From assembly GCA_017610205.1 (NCBI GenBank), contig JAFCCL010000014.1, positions 1 through 22,547 on the forward strand: a DNA stretch of 22,547 nucleotides, read 5' to 3'. This DNA comes from Candidatus Iainarchaeum sp. Its GTDB lineage: Archaea > Iainarchaeota > Iainarchaeia > Iainarchaeales > GCA-2688035. Positions 7,201 through 16,097 of the stretch are shown piece by piece. Numbering within the stretch: the stretch's first letter is position 1; each line of letters begins with the position of its first letter. The notes under the pieces are model-generated. The model was not told the origin of the DNA and did not search any database. It worked only from the letters and a program-made list of their open reading frames with translations. Made by a program: the position numbers and the translations under genes.

Positions 7201-10200
7201 GGAAGCACAAGACACGGATTAAGCGGAGAATATTATTTTAGAAACAGCCTTGACCCAGGCTTTTACACAATCCATACAACCGCGGCAGGATACAAAGAAG
7301 AACAAGCAGAACTTACTATTGCAAGAGACGGAATTCTGGAAGTAAAAAGCCCTCTAAAAATAGATGTTTCAAAAGACTCAGGAGAACAAACAATTTCGCT
7401 TTCAATAAGAAACACAGGAGAAGAACCTGTTACAGAACTTACATACGAAATAGAAAAAGGCGACGACTTTCCTGAAGAATTTTCAGTAAGCGTTACCATG
7501 CCGGCAGAAATAGGAAAAGGACAGGATGGAACAGCCACAGTAAGAGTGCTTGTTAATCTGGATGAAGACAGTGAAGAAAGCCTTTACGGCGAAGCAGACC
7601 TTGTTGTCAAAGGAATGGTTTCAGAAAATTACCCAACAAGCAATATTACAAAATTGCAGATAAATTACAACAAGCAGCTTGACGAAGGATGCCTTTACTT
7701 TGACATAGAGCATTTAATGATAAGGCTAATTGGCAGGGCAGGAAGCACAGGAACAGGCGAAATCGAAGTTGAAAACAGATGCGGTACAGCACTTGACCTT
7801 AGGGCAAGTTCGGAAGCAAAATACCAAGACCCGAATTTAACAGTAACCGTTCCAACACTCAGAATTGAAAAAGACGAAACTGTAAAAGTAACAGTAAGTG
7901 TTTCAAACAGAATTGAAAGAATGAACAGCCTTAACGAAAGACACGATTACACATTAAAGTTTGAATCAAGCCAGATTGCAAAAACAATTCCTGTAACAGT
8001 TGAACTTTCCAACCCAAGAACAAATTTAAGCTATCCTCCAAACATTGCACTCTGGATGGTAAGAAATGCACAGGAAGAACTTGCATATGCACAGGCTCCA
8101 ATGCAAATAATTAACAACAGCCAAATTCCGGTTACAGGATTTAGAGCAGTTGCAAGACCGGAACAATACAATGCCGGCATAACCTTTGACATAAGGCCTG
8201 AAGAGAGATATGGAATAAACCTTTTCCCAGGCCAGCCAATGGCGCCTCAAAGATTTGTTTACGCAGAAACAAAGCAAACAGAAGCATTTCAAAAACCAGG
8301 ACAGGGATATGTTCAGCTATCAGGAAATGTTGAAGGAAGAATACAGCCAAATTTGGGGCTGATAAGGCTAAGCGCAAATTATTCAGGAATAAAATGCCTA
8401 AAAGCAAGCTTTGTTGACAGCTCTGAATTCAGCAGTACTGAAGCAGGAAAAGGAACGCTTGAAAGGGCAATAAAGATAAGGAACGAGTGCGGCGAACCAG
8501 TAAGAATTACCGGCATAACAAAACCTGAAAAAATAAGCGGAAACACATTTGCAATAAGCCCGGGAATAACACTCAACCCAGGAGTTGAAGGCAACTTCAA
8601 GCTAATTCTTTTAAAAAGCCAGGAAACAAAAACAACCGGAGCCATTAAAATGGTGGGGCTTTTAGTAAACCAGGGAAAGTACATTGAATCAAACGAATTA
8701 AGCGTTACACTAAAACTTGGAGAGCTTGCAGCAACAGCAGAAGGAAAGCACACTGCGGAAATATCAATAAAGAAATGCGATTCAGACAGCTCAGAAAGAA
8801 TTGCATTCCCTGTTCTTTCAAGCGACTGCACTGCAGGATACTGTGATGCAGAACAGCTTGCAACATTCCTTACAAACAAAGCAGAAACACTTGTAAAAAC
8901 AGCAAAAGAAAAAGCAAGACGTGCAGACTTCAGTGCCGAAGGCTTTGGAAACTGCTCACAGCCAGAAAAAGAATACTGCAGCTTTGTCGACATGGGAATT
9001 ATTAGCGAAACATTCCCTGTTTTCCTACAGCTTGACAACATGACAAAAGAAGTAATGTTCAAAGCACTGAGAGAAAGCAAGGAAGAAATTAAAGATTACG
9101 ATGTTCTGCAAGGAACAAAAAGCATTGAAAACATTGGAGGAGTTGGCTTTGACTTTGGCAACATAAACCTTGGCGGAAACTTTAAAGGATGCGGAAAATA
9201 TTACGTTGAGCTTATAGGTGCTGCAAGAATTCACAACGGAGAAATTATAGTAAGCAAAAACACAAAAGACTTCTGGATTTCAATAAATGTTATACAGGAA
9301 AGGGTAACAACAGACGAATGCCTGCACAATATTGAAAACGCAGCAAACTTTTTGCCGGTTGACGACGGCTTTACAATTAAAGAGCACTACTTTGCATGGC
9401 CTGGCTTTGTACAGGCAGGAACAGAATTTGGAGACCTGGGAAAAATATTTGCACAAGAGCTTTTTGGAGATGCAGAAGGAAGATACAGAGACAACATTTC
9501 AAGCGGAAGCAACAGAATTGAAATCGTAAAAGGAGATGTAGGAGAAGGGCTTTTGAAGGTAAGAATTTCAAAAAGCGGAGACCCGGAAGTACCAAAAACA
9601 ATTTATGCACATGTTCCGGCAGGATACTCGGAAGACAACAAAATTGTGGAAGACGAAATAGCAAAGGCATTCAAGTCATTCCAAAAAAGATCCTTTTCAA
9701 ACAAAGACTGCATTGGAGAAGACGATTCAGGACAGTACATTGTAATGAAAAGCTATTCAGACCCTGACAAGCTCTACGGCAAGCTTGAAATTAAGGGAGG
9801 AAACAGCCTAAAAATAAGCACTGGTGAAAGATGCACTGACTTCAATGTCACAAGCAAAACAAGCGAAAGCGTGATGTTTGAAACAGACTTTTTAACAAAG
9901 GGAAAAAACCCAAGCAAAAACGGAATAGAACATGTTGCAATAAAGAACACCAAGGGCGAAATTCTTTTGGAGGAAAAGGCAAACAAAAACAAAAAAGAAT
10001 TACAACAACTTAGACTTGTAAAAGACGACAAAGGAACTTACACTGCACAGGCACAATTCTGCATAAAAGGCAACAGCATGTTTACACAGGCAGCAGAAAA
10101 TATTAAGGACATTTCAATAACAGCAAAAAGCATAATTGGCACAACAGAACTTGACAGAAAAACAACACCGCACAAAATTGCAATTGAAGCATGCGGAATG

Positions 10201-12681
10201 CATCCGTATGACCTTATTCCAAAAATGGGAGAGGTTAAAGTAGGCAAAGGCGAGGGTGAAAAAGAAAAACTTGTTGCATACGTCACAATAAACTGGAGTG
10301 TTGAAGACGGCGACCCAAACGTTATTAACATAACCACAATACAAAGAGGAATTGCCGCAGAAGCAGCAATGGACGAAGCAAGAAAAATGTACGGTTCAGG
10401 AACAGACCTTCCGGTTGCAGAACAACCGGCATACATAAGGGAAACTTCGATGAACAAGCTTTTGGGAATTTGGACAGGTTATTTTCCGGCATGCATGATA
10501 ACTTCCATAATATCCAATATAGTTATGAAGATGGGCGGTGGTCTCTTTGGTATTCCGTTAGATGTTACATTAGACTGTTTTCTCCCAGCAAGTTGGGCTT
10601 CAAGGGATGCTGTAAAAGATATTGGAGGAGGAGGAAAAAGTATTGTTGAAAGCATTGAAAACTTTGTAAAAGACTACCTTCCTTTTGGCGAAAGTTTTGT
10701 TGATAGCACTGGAAATTCGACCCTTGTTCCAGAAAATAAGCAAGCAGCAGAAGCTCTTGCAAAAAACGAATTCAGGGAAGATATAGTTCCGGCAGCAGTT
10801 CTTGGAACAACATTGGACAGCTTAAAGCTTGGAGTAAGAAATGGAAACCAAATAATTGGAGAAATTTCCACAAGCCTTGCAAGCAAAAATATTGGAGAAA
10901 CAGTATTTAGAGAATTAAAAAGTGGTTCGCTTAAGGATTTGACAACAGCTGATCCAGCACTTGTCAAAGAAATGCAAGATGTTTATATAAAAGAACTTAA
11001 AAAAAGCATGATGGCAAGAAAAGTAGGAAGAACAAAAACAATTAATGACATAGCACTTGAATCAAGCCAGGAAGCATATGCCAAAATGGGTAATGAAATG
11101 GGCGAGAAGATAATAAAAAGTGCAAATAATCTTGGAACAGGAGCAGCAGGATCGTTAAAGGAGATAGAAACCAAAATTGCCAGCAGCTTCATGGACGAAG
11201 ATGCTGTTGTAAAGGCAAGCAAATTTGGAATAAGCCCTGAGTTAGGTTCAGAAACTATACCAAATACCCCTAGGTATAAGGTTGTTGTAAAAAATAGAAT
11301 TACAAAATACGAAAATGGCGTAAAAGATATGTTTGAAAATAATATCAAAAAGTCTCTAAAAGACCAGTTTGGAACAGATGCTGCTGGAAATAATATCTAT
11401 GATAAATTTTATGAGATAACACCAGCTACTCCAGAAAGCACAAAATTTACAAAAATAATTAATGACGCAATAGACGAAGGCAAAAAAGGTATTATAGCAA
11501 AACAAGACGGCGCACTTACCCCAATAAAAATCGGTGGCGGGCAATGGAATGCAGAAAAAATTACCGATTGGGAATTTAACGCAAAGATTACTACAAATCT
11601 TGATGACGCTGCAAGAGAAACAGTTGCAAGTGTGAGAAAAGAAGGTGCTGAGTTCATTGCCGAAAATGTTGTTGGCAAAAAAGTAGGGCAAGAGATTGCT
11701 GAAAAACTTTTTACAGGCGATGCAAGGCGCGGAGTTACTGGAATTGCCGATGAGGTTATTGATACTAGAAAGGGAGTAGGAGGACTTACAAAAATTAGGA
11801 CATTCTTTACAGGGTCTAACTTGAGAAGATTTATCAATTTGGCTACAACCTGGAATCTTGTAAAAAACCTTGCAAAAGGCGTTGCAAGCGGCGTTGCTTC
11901 AAACTATATGGGTTACCAAGGCTGGAAAGTATACTGGGGCATATTTGGAGAGGATGAAGTTAAGGGAGCCATAACAAGCAGTGTTGGGCCAAGGCCAGGG
12001 GAAGACATTGACGGAGACGGCATAATTGATGATGTAGATGGTTTGCCTGCAAGGCAAGAGCTTGAAAGAGGCCAGACTTACAAGATTATCATTACTGCTA
12101 CAGATTCTGGTAGAAAACATGAGTTTGTAAAGCTTGAGAAAAAGGAAGACTTTGAAAAAATGGACAAGGAGATAGCGGAAGGAAAAGCAGAGCTTTGGGA
12201 AGAACCAGGTTGCAAGAACTTCAAGGACAAAGGAGTTGGAAGATATCTTGGAAACCTTGATCCTGTTCCATCAAAAACTGTAAAGCCAGAGCATGTAACT
12301 GCTTACTACAATTACAATTCAGAGTTTGCAGACGCAAAAAGAGGAGATGCTTCAAGCGTTGGAGACGACCTTTACGAAGACGAACTGGCAGCAGCATTGT
12401 TTGTTGACCCAGGCAGAATTGAGGAATGCACAATTTCAAAAACATGGTATCTTCAAAGGCAGGGCGAAACAAAGGAAGATGCAAAACTAAGGGCTGTTGA
12501 AAGCATTAACTGCGCTGCAGGCGAGCTTAGGCAAGCAAAATTAAGAGCCGGAGCAGGAGCAAGCTTCAAAAATGTTGCAGCAGAACTTGTAAAAGGCCAG
12601 GAGGGTGCTGCAAACTATTCAGCTCTTGCCTTAGAATTCCAGGAAATTTGGGAAAGGTTCAGAATCATAAAAGCAAACTAG
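4204..12681 (+). CDS. Giant (2825 aa) membrane-anchored surface protein with carboxypeptidase-regulatory/Ig-like beta repeats
   Basis: N-terminal TM (FPITIALMVILIAGIYGIVF) and repeated 'V.D..G.P+.GA.V...T...G...F......GY' beta-sandwich units. A Cys-rich middle is followed by a helical region bounded by hydrophobic segments and a DxDGDG Ca-loop at about 12001-12040. Confidence 0.9.
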   Translation: MFSEKLGGIYSALEEKYYAVLDFLDAKGVPVYAYNDALEERGLPAFPITIALMVILIAGIYGIVFAGTGLNPAIEISFEDQFNESVSGVAVTVKDSFGTVLFGPEKITNGETIRPQRIPIGTEIVIVSEKLGFDESEKRITVKRNEISTSIQMQRQISAIDSKVQLLDQATGDPVRGASVSLEWQGSTKNAVSDNEGKASFAGVPENTEVFLTVLADGYETLSASYSFKENELKGISLVGNSASFLGNSNIVVSVFDETGQPISGAKIVVMDRETDTSIDERTIEGNEAIFSIARGSSIRLVVEKDGFLRYDSMEFDEGRTLRQDEELWPVTLNVGGTRLAVSIFVGQNPLSDAIIQLFDVNGNFVGMKTTGFGGSVEFNGLEPKEYFATGYKQGFLPMWKKINVAEIENTSLFIESADNSNSSYLGISVLDSFKSMANNADVTFKERIEGSEYPLGIPSIKTDISGYASIVAKTGTMVIVEAKKEGEEGIGEKLIEANKDNQLIIELTKPFGIVKLEVFDAQGNKAAGHIVIESVSGTLLFDGNLFDGSVFFDNEGNTEAVVNIETDSGKTFSQRINVQGQETAVINLGEISTKITPTIEFVGIFDSENFPVEGIAKGEDYWLAFQSTWPTGVEKGGVHVRIGADGIAFVDSQEEWVTGFEATTSNYFYGKSYQPLPAPGNETADMQNSGIAGQENKFVELYFEEPENTVAFRVKVSSNYLISKDSIELHYRAWTEAGGKIFREPTDTELGEKMFTDTKTGLYANTINEQIQVFAAKPECENELCGAYFFVLPNGLYIDKQDFKAVTDELYALEIDLSSNKPLSVTLKLDTDKALPKLQFTGYDVDEFVDQQEGELMPPETDLSGQGYLEVGEVNWELQESTNPLGFTQGGESTSLTISALGVSPERPRKVRVYFKAVGEGSAEIKMQAIGESVLDESFIFEIERNKPLLVRITPSSPQIGEAFTVKVLDGEDGSAVQEAVVQVKDSAGKIVASVIGKGSTRHGLSGEYYFRNSLDPGFYTIHTTAAGYKEEQAELTIARDGILEVKSPLKIDVSKDSGEQTISLSIRNTGEEPVTELTYEIEKGDDFPEEFSVSVTMPAEIGKGQDGTATVRVLVNLDEDSEESLYGEADLVVKGMVSENYPTSNITKLQINYNKQLDEGCLYFDIEHLMIRLIGRAGSTGTGEIEVENRCGTALDLRASSEAKYQDPNLTVTVPTLRIEKDETVKVTVSVSNRIERMNSLNERHDYTLKFESSQIAKTIPVTVELSNPRTNLSYPPNIALWMVRNAQEELAYAQAPMQIINNSQIPVTGFRAVARPEQYNAGITFDIRPEERYGINLFPGQPMAPQRFVYAETKQTEAFQKPGQGYVQLSGNVEGRIQPNLGLIRLSANYSGIKCLKASFVDSSEFSSTEAGKGTLERAIKIRNECGEPVRITGITKPEKISGNTFAISPGITLNPGVEGNFKLILLKSQETKTTGAIKMVGLLVNQGKYIESNELSVTLKLGELAATAEGKHTAEISIKKCDSDSSERIAFPVLSSDCTAGYCDAEQLATFLTNKAETLVKTAKEKARRADFSAEGFGNCSQPEKEYCSFVDMGIISETFPVFLQLDNMTKEVMFKALRESKEEIKDYDVLQGTKSIENIGGVGFDFGNINLGGNFKGCGKYYVELIGAARIHNGEIIVSKNTKDFWISINVIQERVTTDECLHNIENAANFLPVDDGFTIKEHYFAWPGFVQAGTEFGDLGKIFAQELFGDAEGRYRDNISSGSNRIEIVKGDVGEGLLKVRISKSGDPEVPKTIYAHVPAGYSEDNKIVEDEIAKAFKSFQKRSFSNKDCIGEDDSGQYIVMKSYSDPDKLYGKLEIKGGNSLKISTGERCTDFNVTSKTSESVMFETDFLTKGKNPSKNGIEHVAIKNTKGEILLEEKANKNKKELQQLRLVKDDKGTYTAQAQFCIKGNSMFTQAAENIKDISITAKSIIGTTELDRKTTPHKIAIEACGMHPYDLIPKMGEVKVGKGEGEKEKLVAYVTINWSVEDGDPNVINITTIQRGIAAEAAMDEARKMYGSGTDLPVAEQPAYIRETSMNKLLGIWTGYFPACMITSIISNIVMKMGGGLFGIPLDVTLDCFLPASWASRDAVKDIGGGGKSIVESIENFVKDYLPFGESFVDSTGNSTLVPENKQAAEALAKNEFREDIVPAAVLGTTLDSLKLGVRNGNQIIGEISTSLASKNIGETVFRELKSGSLKDLTTADPALVKEMQDVYIKELKKSMMARKVGRTKTINDIALESSQEAYAKMGNEMGEKIIKSANNLGTGAAGSLKEIETKIASSFMDEDAVVKASKFGISPELGSETIPNTPRYKVVVKNRITKYENGVKDMFENNIKKSLKDQFGTDAAGNNIYDKFYEITPATPESTKFTKIINDAIDEGKKGIIAKQDGALTPIKIGGGQWNAEKITDWEFNAKITTNLDDAARETVASVRKEGAEFIAENVVGKKVGQEIAEKLFTGDARRGVTGIADEVIDTRKGVGGLTKIRTFFTGSNLRRFINLATTWNLVKNLAKGVASGVASNYMGYQGWKVYWGIFGEDEVKGAITSSVGPRPGEDIDGDGIIDDVDGLPARQELERGQTYKIIITATDSGRKHEFVKLEKKEDFEKMDKEIAEGKAELWEEPGCKNFKDKGVGRYLGNLDPVPSKTVKPEHVTAYYNYNSEFADAKRGDASSVGDDLYEDELAAALFVDPGRIEECTISKTWYLQRQGETKEDAKLRAVESINCAAGELRQAKLRAGAGASFKNVAAELVKGQEGAANYSALALEFQEIWERFRIIKAN

Positions 12682-12733
12682 TTTAGAATTTTGAACTAAT
12701 GATAATTTAAGATTTTGCCAAGTATAATTTTTT

Positions 12734-13018
12734 ATGGCAAATACCCGCTTATTGGAATTTCTGATAACAGGCCGTGAATTTGACTACAGTCTTACTGATA
12801 TGGCTGAAAATGCAGGCATTGGCTGGAGTACTTTGCACAGGATTCTGCCAGGGCTTGAAAAACAAAAAATAGTGATTAAAACAAGAGAAATTGGACGGGC
12901 AAAGTTGTACAAATTAAACCAGCAAAATCAGGAAGTAAAAGGACTTATAAAAATATACGACGGCATCATAAAAAAGCAGTTGGAAAAAATAGAGAAAAAA
13001 ACCGTAATAAAAGCATAG
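12734..13018 (+). CDS. Winged helix-turn-helix protein
   Basis: YSLTDMAENAGIGWSTLHRILPGL helix-turn-helix followed by the wing TREIGRAKLYKLN. Confidence 0.85.
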   Translation: MANTRLLEFLITGREFDYSLTDMAENAGIGWSTLHRILPGLEKQKIVIKTREIGRAKLYKLNQQNQEVKGLIKIYDGIIKKQLEKIEKKTVIKA

Positions 13019-13045
13019 CCATCTGCCAAATGCGCAGAAGGCTCT

Positions 13046-13076
13046 TTTTGCACAAAAACCAGGTTTGAATCCAAAA
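13046..13076. repeat. Left copy of an imperfect direct repeat flanking vapBC
   Basis: TTTTGCACAAAAACCAGGTTTGAATCCAAAA; the partner is at 13769-13801. Confidence 0.6.
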
Positions 13077-13126
13077 AATATATACCCCTTTAAAGAGCAA
13101 TTTGAAAAACATATATTTAAATAAAC

Positions 13127-13146
13127 TATTATAACATATTATAATA
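13127..13146. promoter_or_regulatory. Inverted-repeat operator of the TA operon
   Basis: TATTATAA-cata-TTATAATA lies between the TATA box (TTTAAATA, about 13116) and the AGGTGA SD/GTG start. Confidence 0.55.
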
Positions 13147-13157
13147 GGTGATTTTTA

Positions 13158-13364
13158 GTGAGTGTTTTTGAAAGCAAGGTAAGGCAGGTTGGAAGTTCTT
13201 TTGGGGTACTAATTCCAAAAGAGGTTGTTATAGAAGACAAAATAAGAAAAGATGAAAAGGTAAAAGTTGTAATAATAAAAAAAGACCTTTCTCTGCTTGA
13301 AAAGGCCTTTGGTTCAGTGAAGACAAGGCCGTTTAAAAGAGAGCATAAAGACAGGGCGATTTGA
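13158..13364 (+). CDS. vapB: AbrB/MazE/SpoVT-fold antitoxin
   Basis: KVRQVGSSFGVLIPKE AbrB signature; immediately upstream of a PIN toxin. Confidence 0.85.
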   Translation: MSVFESKVRQVGSSFGVLIPKEVVIEDKIRKDEKVKVVIIKKDLSLLEKAFGSVKTRPFKREHKDRAI

Positions 13365-13365
13365 A

Positions 13366-13734
13366 TTGCTGCTGGATACTTATGCCTGGGTTGAATTCTT
13401 TAACGGAACAGAAAAAGGCAAAAAAGTAAAAGCAATTCTTAAAAAAGAAAACTGCTTCACCAGTGCAATTTGCCTGGCAGAATTAAGCGAATGGATTGAA
13501 AGAGAAAACATTAACAGAAAGGAAAAAATGCACGAAATAAAAACCCTTTCTTCAATCCTAAAATTAGACCAGGAAACACTTGAACTGGCAGGCATACTAA
13601 AACTGCAAAAAAGAAAAAAAGAAAAAGGATTTGGGTTAATTGACGCAATAATCCTGGCAACGGCAAAAACTTACAAACTCAAAATAGTAACAGGAGACAG
13701 GCACTTCAAAGAAGAAAACACAATAATGCTGTAA
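13366..13734 (+). CDS. vapC: PIN domain toxin
   Basis: Acidic PIN motifs LLDTYAWVE, CLAEL, GLIDAIILATA and VTGDRHF. Confidence 0.9.
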   Translation: MLLDTYAWVEFFNGTEKGKKVKAILKKENCFTSAICLAELSEWIERENINRKEKMHEIKTLSSILKLDQETLELAGILKLQKRKKEKGFGLIDAIILATAKTYKLKIVTGDRHFKEENTIML

Positions 13735-13768
13735 AAAAACACGAAATTTTACAAAAAAAAAGGCCGGG

Positions 13769-13801
13769 TTTTGCACAAAAAAACCTGTTTGAAACCCAAA
13801 A
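13769..13801. repeat. Right copy of an imperfect direct repeat flanking vapBC
   Basis: TTTTGCACAAAAAAACCTGTTTGAAACCCAAAA. Confidence 0.6.
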
Positions 13802-13825
13802 TTGTTTTTAGATTTTGTTCAATTT

Positions 13826-13894
13826 TTTTGAATGCAAAGAGTTAAATTTGTTATTTTGGCTAATTGGCAAATTTTGAATGCAAAGACTTAAATT
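13826..13894 (+). promoter_or_regulatory. Duplicated 23-bp promoter-like repeat
   Basis: TTTTGAATGCAAAGASTTAAATT at 13826-13848 and 13872-13894 (22/23). The second copy sits at TATA distance from ATG 13919. Confidence 0.65.
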
Positions 13895-13918
13895 CCTCTT
13901 TGCCCTTTTTATTTCCAA

Positions 13919-15601
13919 ATGAATGATAGGGGTTTTAATCTTTTTACGGCTTTAATCAGCTTTCTTCTTATATTGCTTGCAGTGCTGTTGGTGCAGTCAA
14001 TGATTCAGGCTGAAAGAAATGCAACAGACACAGTTGACCATATTGAAAGCAGGTCAAAGCTTGAGGCAACAGCTGAAATGGCAAGGTCTGATGCAATGCA
14101 GGTTTTCAATTATGCTTTGAGAAAAAAAATTGAAGACTGGCTTGTAAGGCCTGATACAGGGGTTGTTTTCTTAAAATTGGAGGACAAAAGCTGGAAAGAA
14201 ATTCAGGACGATTTTGCAGAAAGCAAGTTTGGAGGCGAGCAAGGAAGCCAGTTTGCACACTTCACTGCAGGCAGTCTTGAGGCAATATTTCACCAGCCGT
14301 CGCATTTTGGAAATTACACCATCAGCATTGAGGGAAAGGAAACTTTGGCTGATGGAATAAAGCAGGCAATTTCAAAAAGCCTTGAGGACGATTTTTTTAC
14401 GGTAATTAAATGCAATGGAGACCCAAGGGGGGACAATTGCCCTCTTGGAACATTTTATGTGAATTTGCATCTTGAAAGGCTTTCACAGAAGGAATATGAA
14501 AATTTGCCAAAAATTGTTGTAGTAGACAAGAGTTCAGGAGAGGAATTGAAACAGATTATTCTTCCAAAAACAACTTTTAGAATTTATGTGCCACTGCGTT
14601 TCTTTAAAGCAATTGCAGAGGCAAGGTCTCTTGCACATTACTCAAATTCAGGAGAGGGATTTGACGACGAAGGATGGATTAATACAACAAACGATTATGG
14701 GTTGTTTGCTCCAAGAATCCACAACGAGGTTGAAAAACTTGCTTTGGGAATGTGCGATTTTGGGTCCTGCAAGCCAAGGGAAGACCCTCTTGTTCCAATG
14801 GCGAAAGGAACAGAAATTGATGACATTGCATTGTTTTGCCCTGGAGACAGTACTGTTGCAGCATGGAGCACAACAGATATTACAACACCAATCACAAGCT
14901 ATCCATGGTATTCAGGTGATGTTCCTGAATACTACAATGCAAACAACAACGAGGGATGGGAAAAAATGCAGACAGCTCTTGGAAAGGTTGCAGATGCAAG
15001 AGTTTGCGCTGTTATCAAGGGCGCAAAGGAAGCAGGATATCTTGACGATGTTGAGGATGACAATTTTTCAATTGTTGGAACAGAATGTGATGACTCCGGA
15101 ACAAATCTTGCCTACGACATTGCAGTAAATGTTCAAACAAACGAAAGCAAGCTGGTTGGAGGAGGAACAGGCCCTGTGGAACAGGGCTTAAATCCTGGAA
15201 GAAACATTGGCCTTTTTGGAACAGTTAATGATGTCCAATCCCCAGTTATAAGCACTACTGCAATGACCTGTTCAAGCAATATAGGAGATTATAAGTCAAG
15301 GTGTGCAGAGGTAAACAGCGTAAAGGTTGTTCTTGCATTTGAGGAAAAGGACCCAAATTATATGGTTAGGCGGCCAAAAGAGGGAACTGAAAGACTGTAC
15401 AGAATTGCAGTTTACGACAACACCTACAAGACTTTTACGGCAAACTGGCAGCAGGGAGCACTTGGCTCAGACTTTCTTTACAGCATTGCACCACAGGAAA
15501 CAATGTGCTCAATGGCATCAGGACAAGGATGGCGTTGTACTACACTAGGAGACCCAGGTTCAGTTGGAAGCCCAACAACCAAAGGATGCTCGCCGGGGTG
15601 A
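13919..15601 (+). CDS. Large Cys-rich secreted protein with class III (pilin-like) signal peptide
   Basis: MNDRG|FNLFTALISFLLILLAVLLV start, then a long helix and paired cysteines. Confidence 0.8.
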   Translation: MNDRGFNLFTALISFLLILLAVLLVQSMIQAERNATDTVDHIESRSKLEATAEMARSDAMQVFNYALRKKIEDWLVRPDTGVVFLKLEDKSWKEIQDDFAESKFGGEQGSQFAHFTAGSLEAIFHQPSHFGNYTISIEGKETLADGIKQAISKSLEDDFFTVIKCNGDPRGDNCPLGTFYVNLHLERLSQKEYENLPKIVVVDKSSGEELKQIILPKTTFRIYVPLRFFKAIAEARSLAHYSNSGEGFDDEGWINTTNDYGLFAPRIHNEVEKLALGMCDFGSCKPREDPLVPMAKGTEIDDIALFCPGDSTVAAWSTTDITTPITSYPWYSGDVPEYYNANNNEGWEKMQTALGKVADARVCAVIKGAKEAGYLDDVEDDNFSIVGTECDDSGTNLAYDIAVNVQTNESKLVGGGTGPVEQGLNPGRNIGLFGTVNDVQSPVISTTAMTCSSNIGDYKSRCAEVNSVKVVLAFEEKDPNYMVRRPKEGTERLYRIAVYDNTYKTFTANWQQGALGSDFLYSIAPQETMCSMASGQGWRCTTLGDPGSVGSPTTKGCSPG

Positions 15602-15628
15602 ATGGAACCGAGTCTTGTTTTTATAATT

Positions 15629-16018
15629 TTAATTCTTTGTTTTCTTTTCTTTCCATTCTTTTTTTGCCTTCTTTTTTGCTTCTCTGGCTTCTTCAATGGT
15701 TGATGCCTTTTCGTTTCCGAATACATGCGGGTTTCTTTTCTCAAGCTTGTATTTCAATAACTCTAAAACTTCTTTAGTGGTGAAAAGCCCTTCGTTTTCT
15801 GCTTGCTGGCAAAAATCAAACCAGCTCCAGAGAACATCTCCCAACTCTTCTTTGAGTTCTTCCCAATCCTCTTTGTCTACTGCCATTCTTGCTTCTAGGG
15901 CTTCATCAACCAAATCTTTTTTGTAAAAATTGACAGTGTTGCACTTTGAGTCAGGACATTCTTTTTTGATTTTATTAAGAAGATTTTTTATTTCCAAGAA
16001 GAGTTTTTCGTTAATCAT
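15629..16018 (-). CDS. mazG: MazG-family nucleotide pyrophosphohydrolase
   Basis: ECP..., LVDEALE, KEELGDVLW and KLEKRNPHVFG motifs. Confidence 0.85.
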   Translation of the reverse strand: MINEKLFLEIKNLLNKIKKECPDSKCNTVNFYKKDLVDEALEARMAVDKEDWEELKEELGDVLWSWFDFCQQAENEGLFTTKEVLELLKYKLEKRNPHVFGNEKASTIEEAREAKKKAKKEWKEKKTKN

Positions 16019-16097
16019 TTTTTATCCTTTCGTGTTCCTTTGCAGTTGTCTTTATTTCTTTAATTATTTCTTTTGAAATTAAAATAAGTTTCTGTTT

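Noticed and set aside
4181-12484. Many antisense and alternate-frame ORFs within the giant gene (also within 13919-15601, 18678-19478 and 20441-22547)
   Set aside because: Shadow ORFs caused by codon bias, with no motifs or start signals.
12679-12698. Imperfect palindrome TAGTTTAGAATTTTGAACTA upstream of the wHTH gene
   Set aside because: Could be an operator or terminator, but it is a single AT-rich copy with mismatches and too weak to call.
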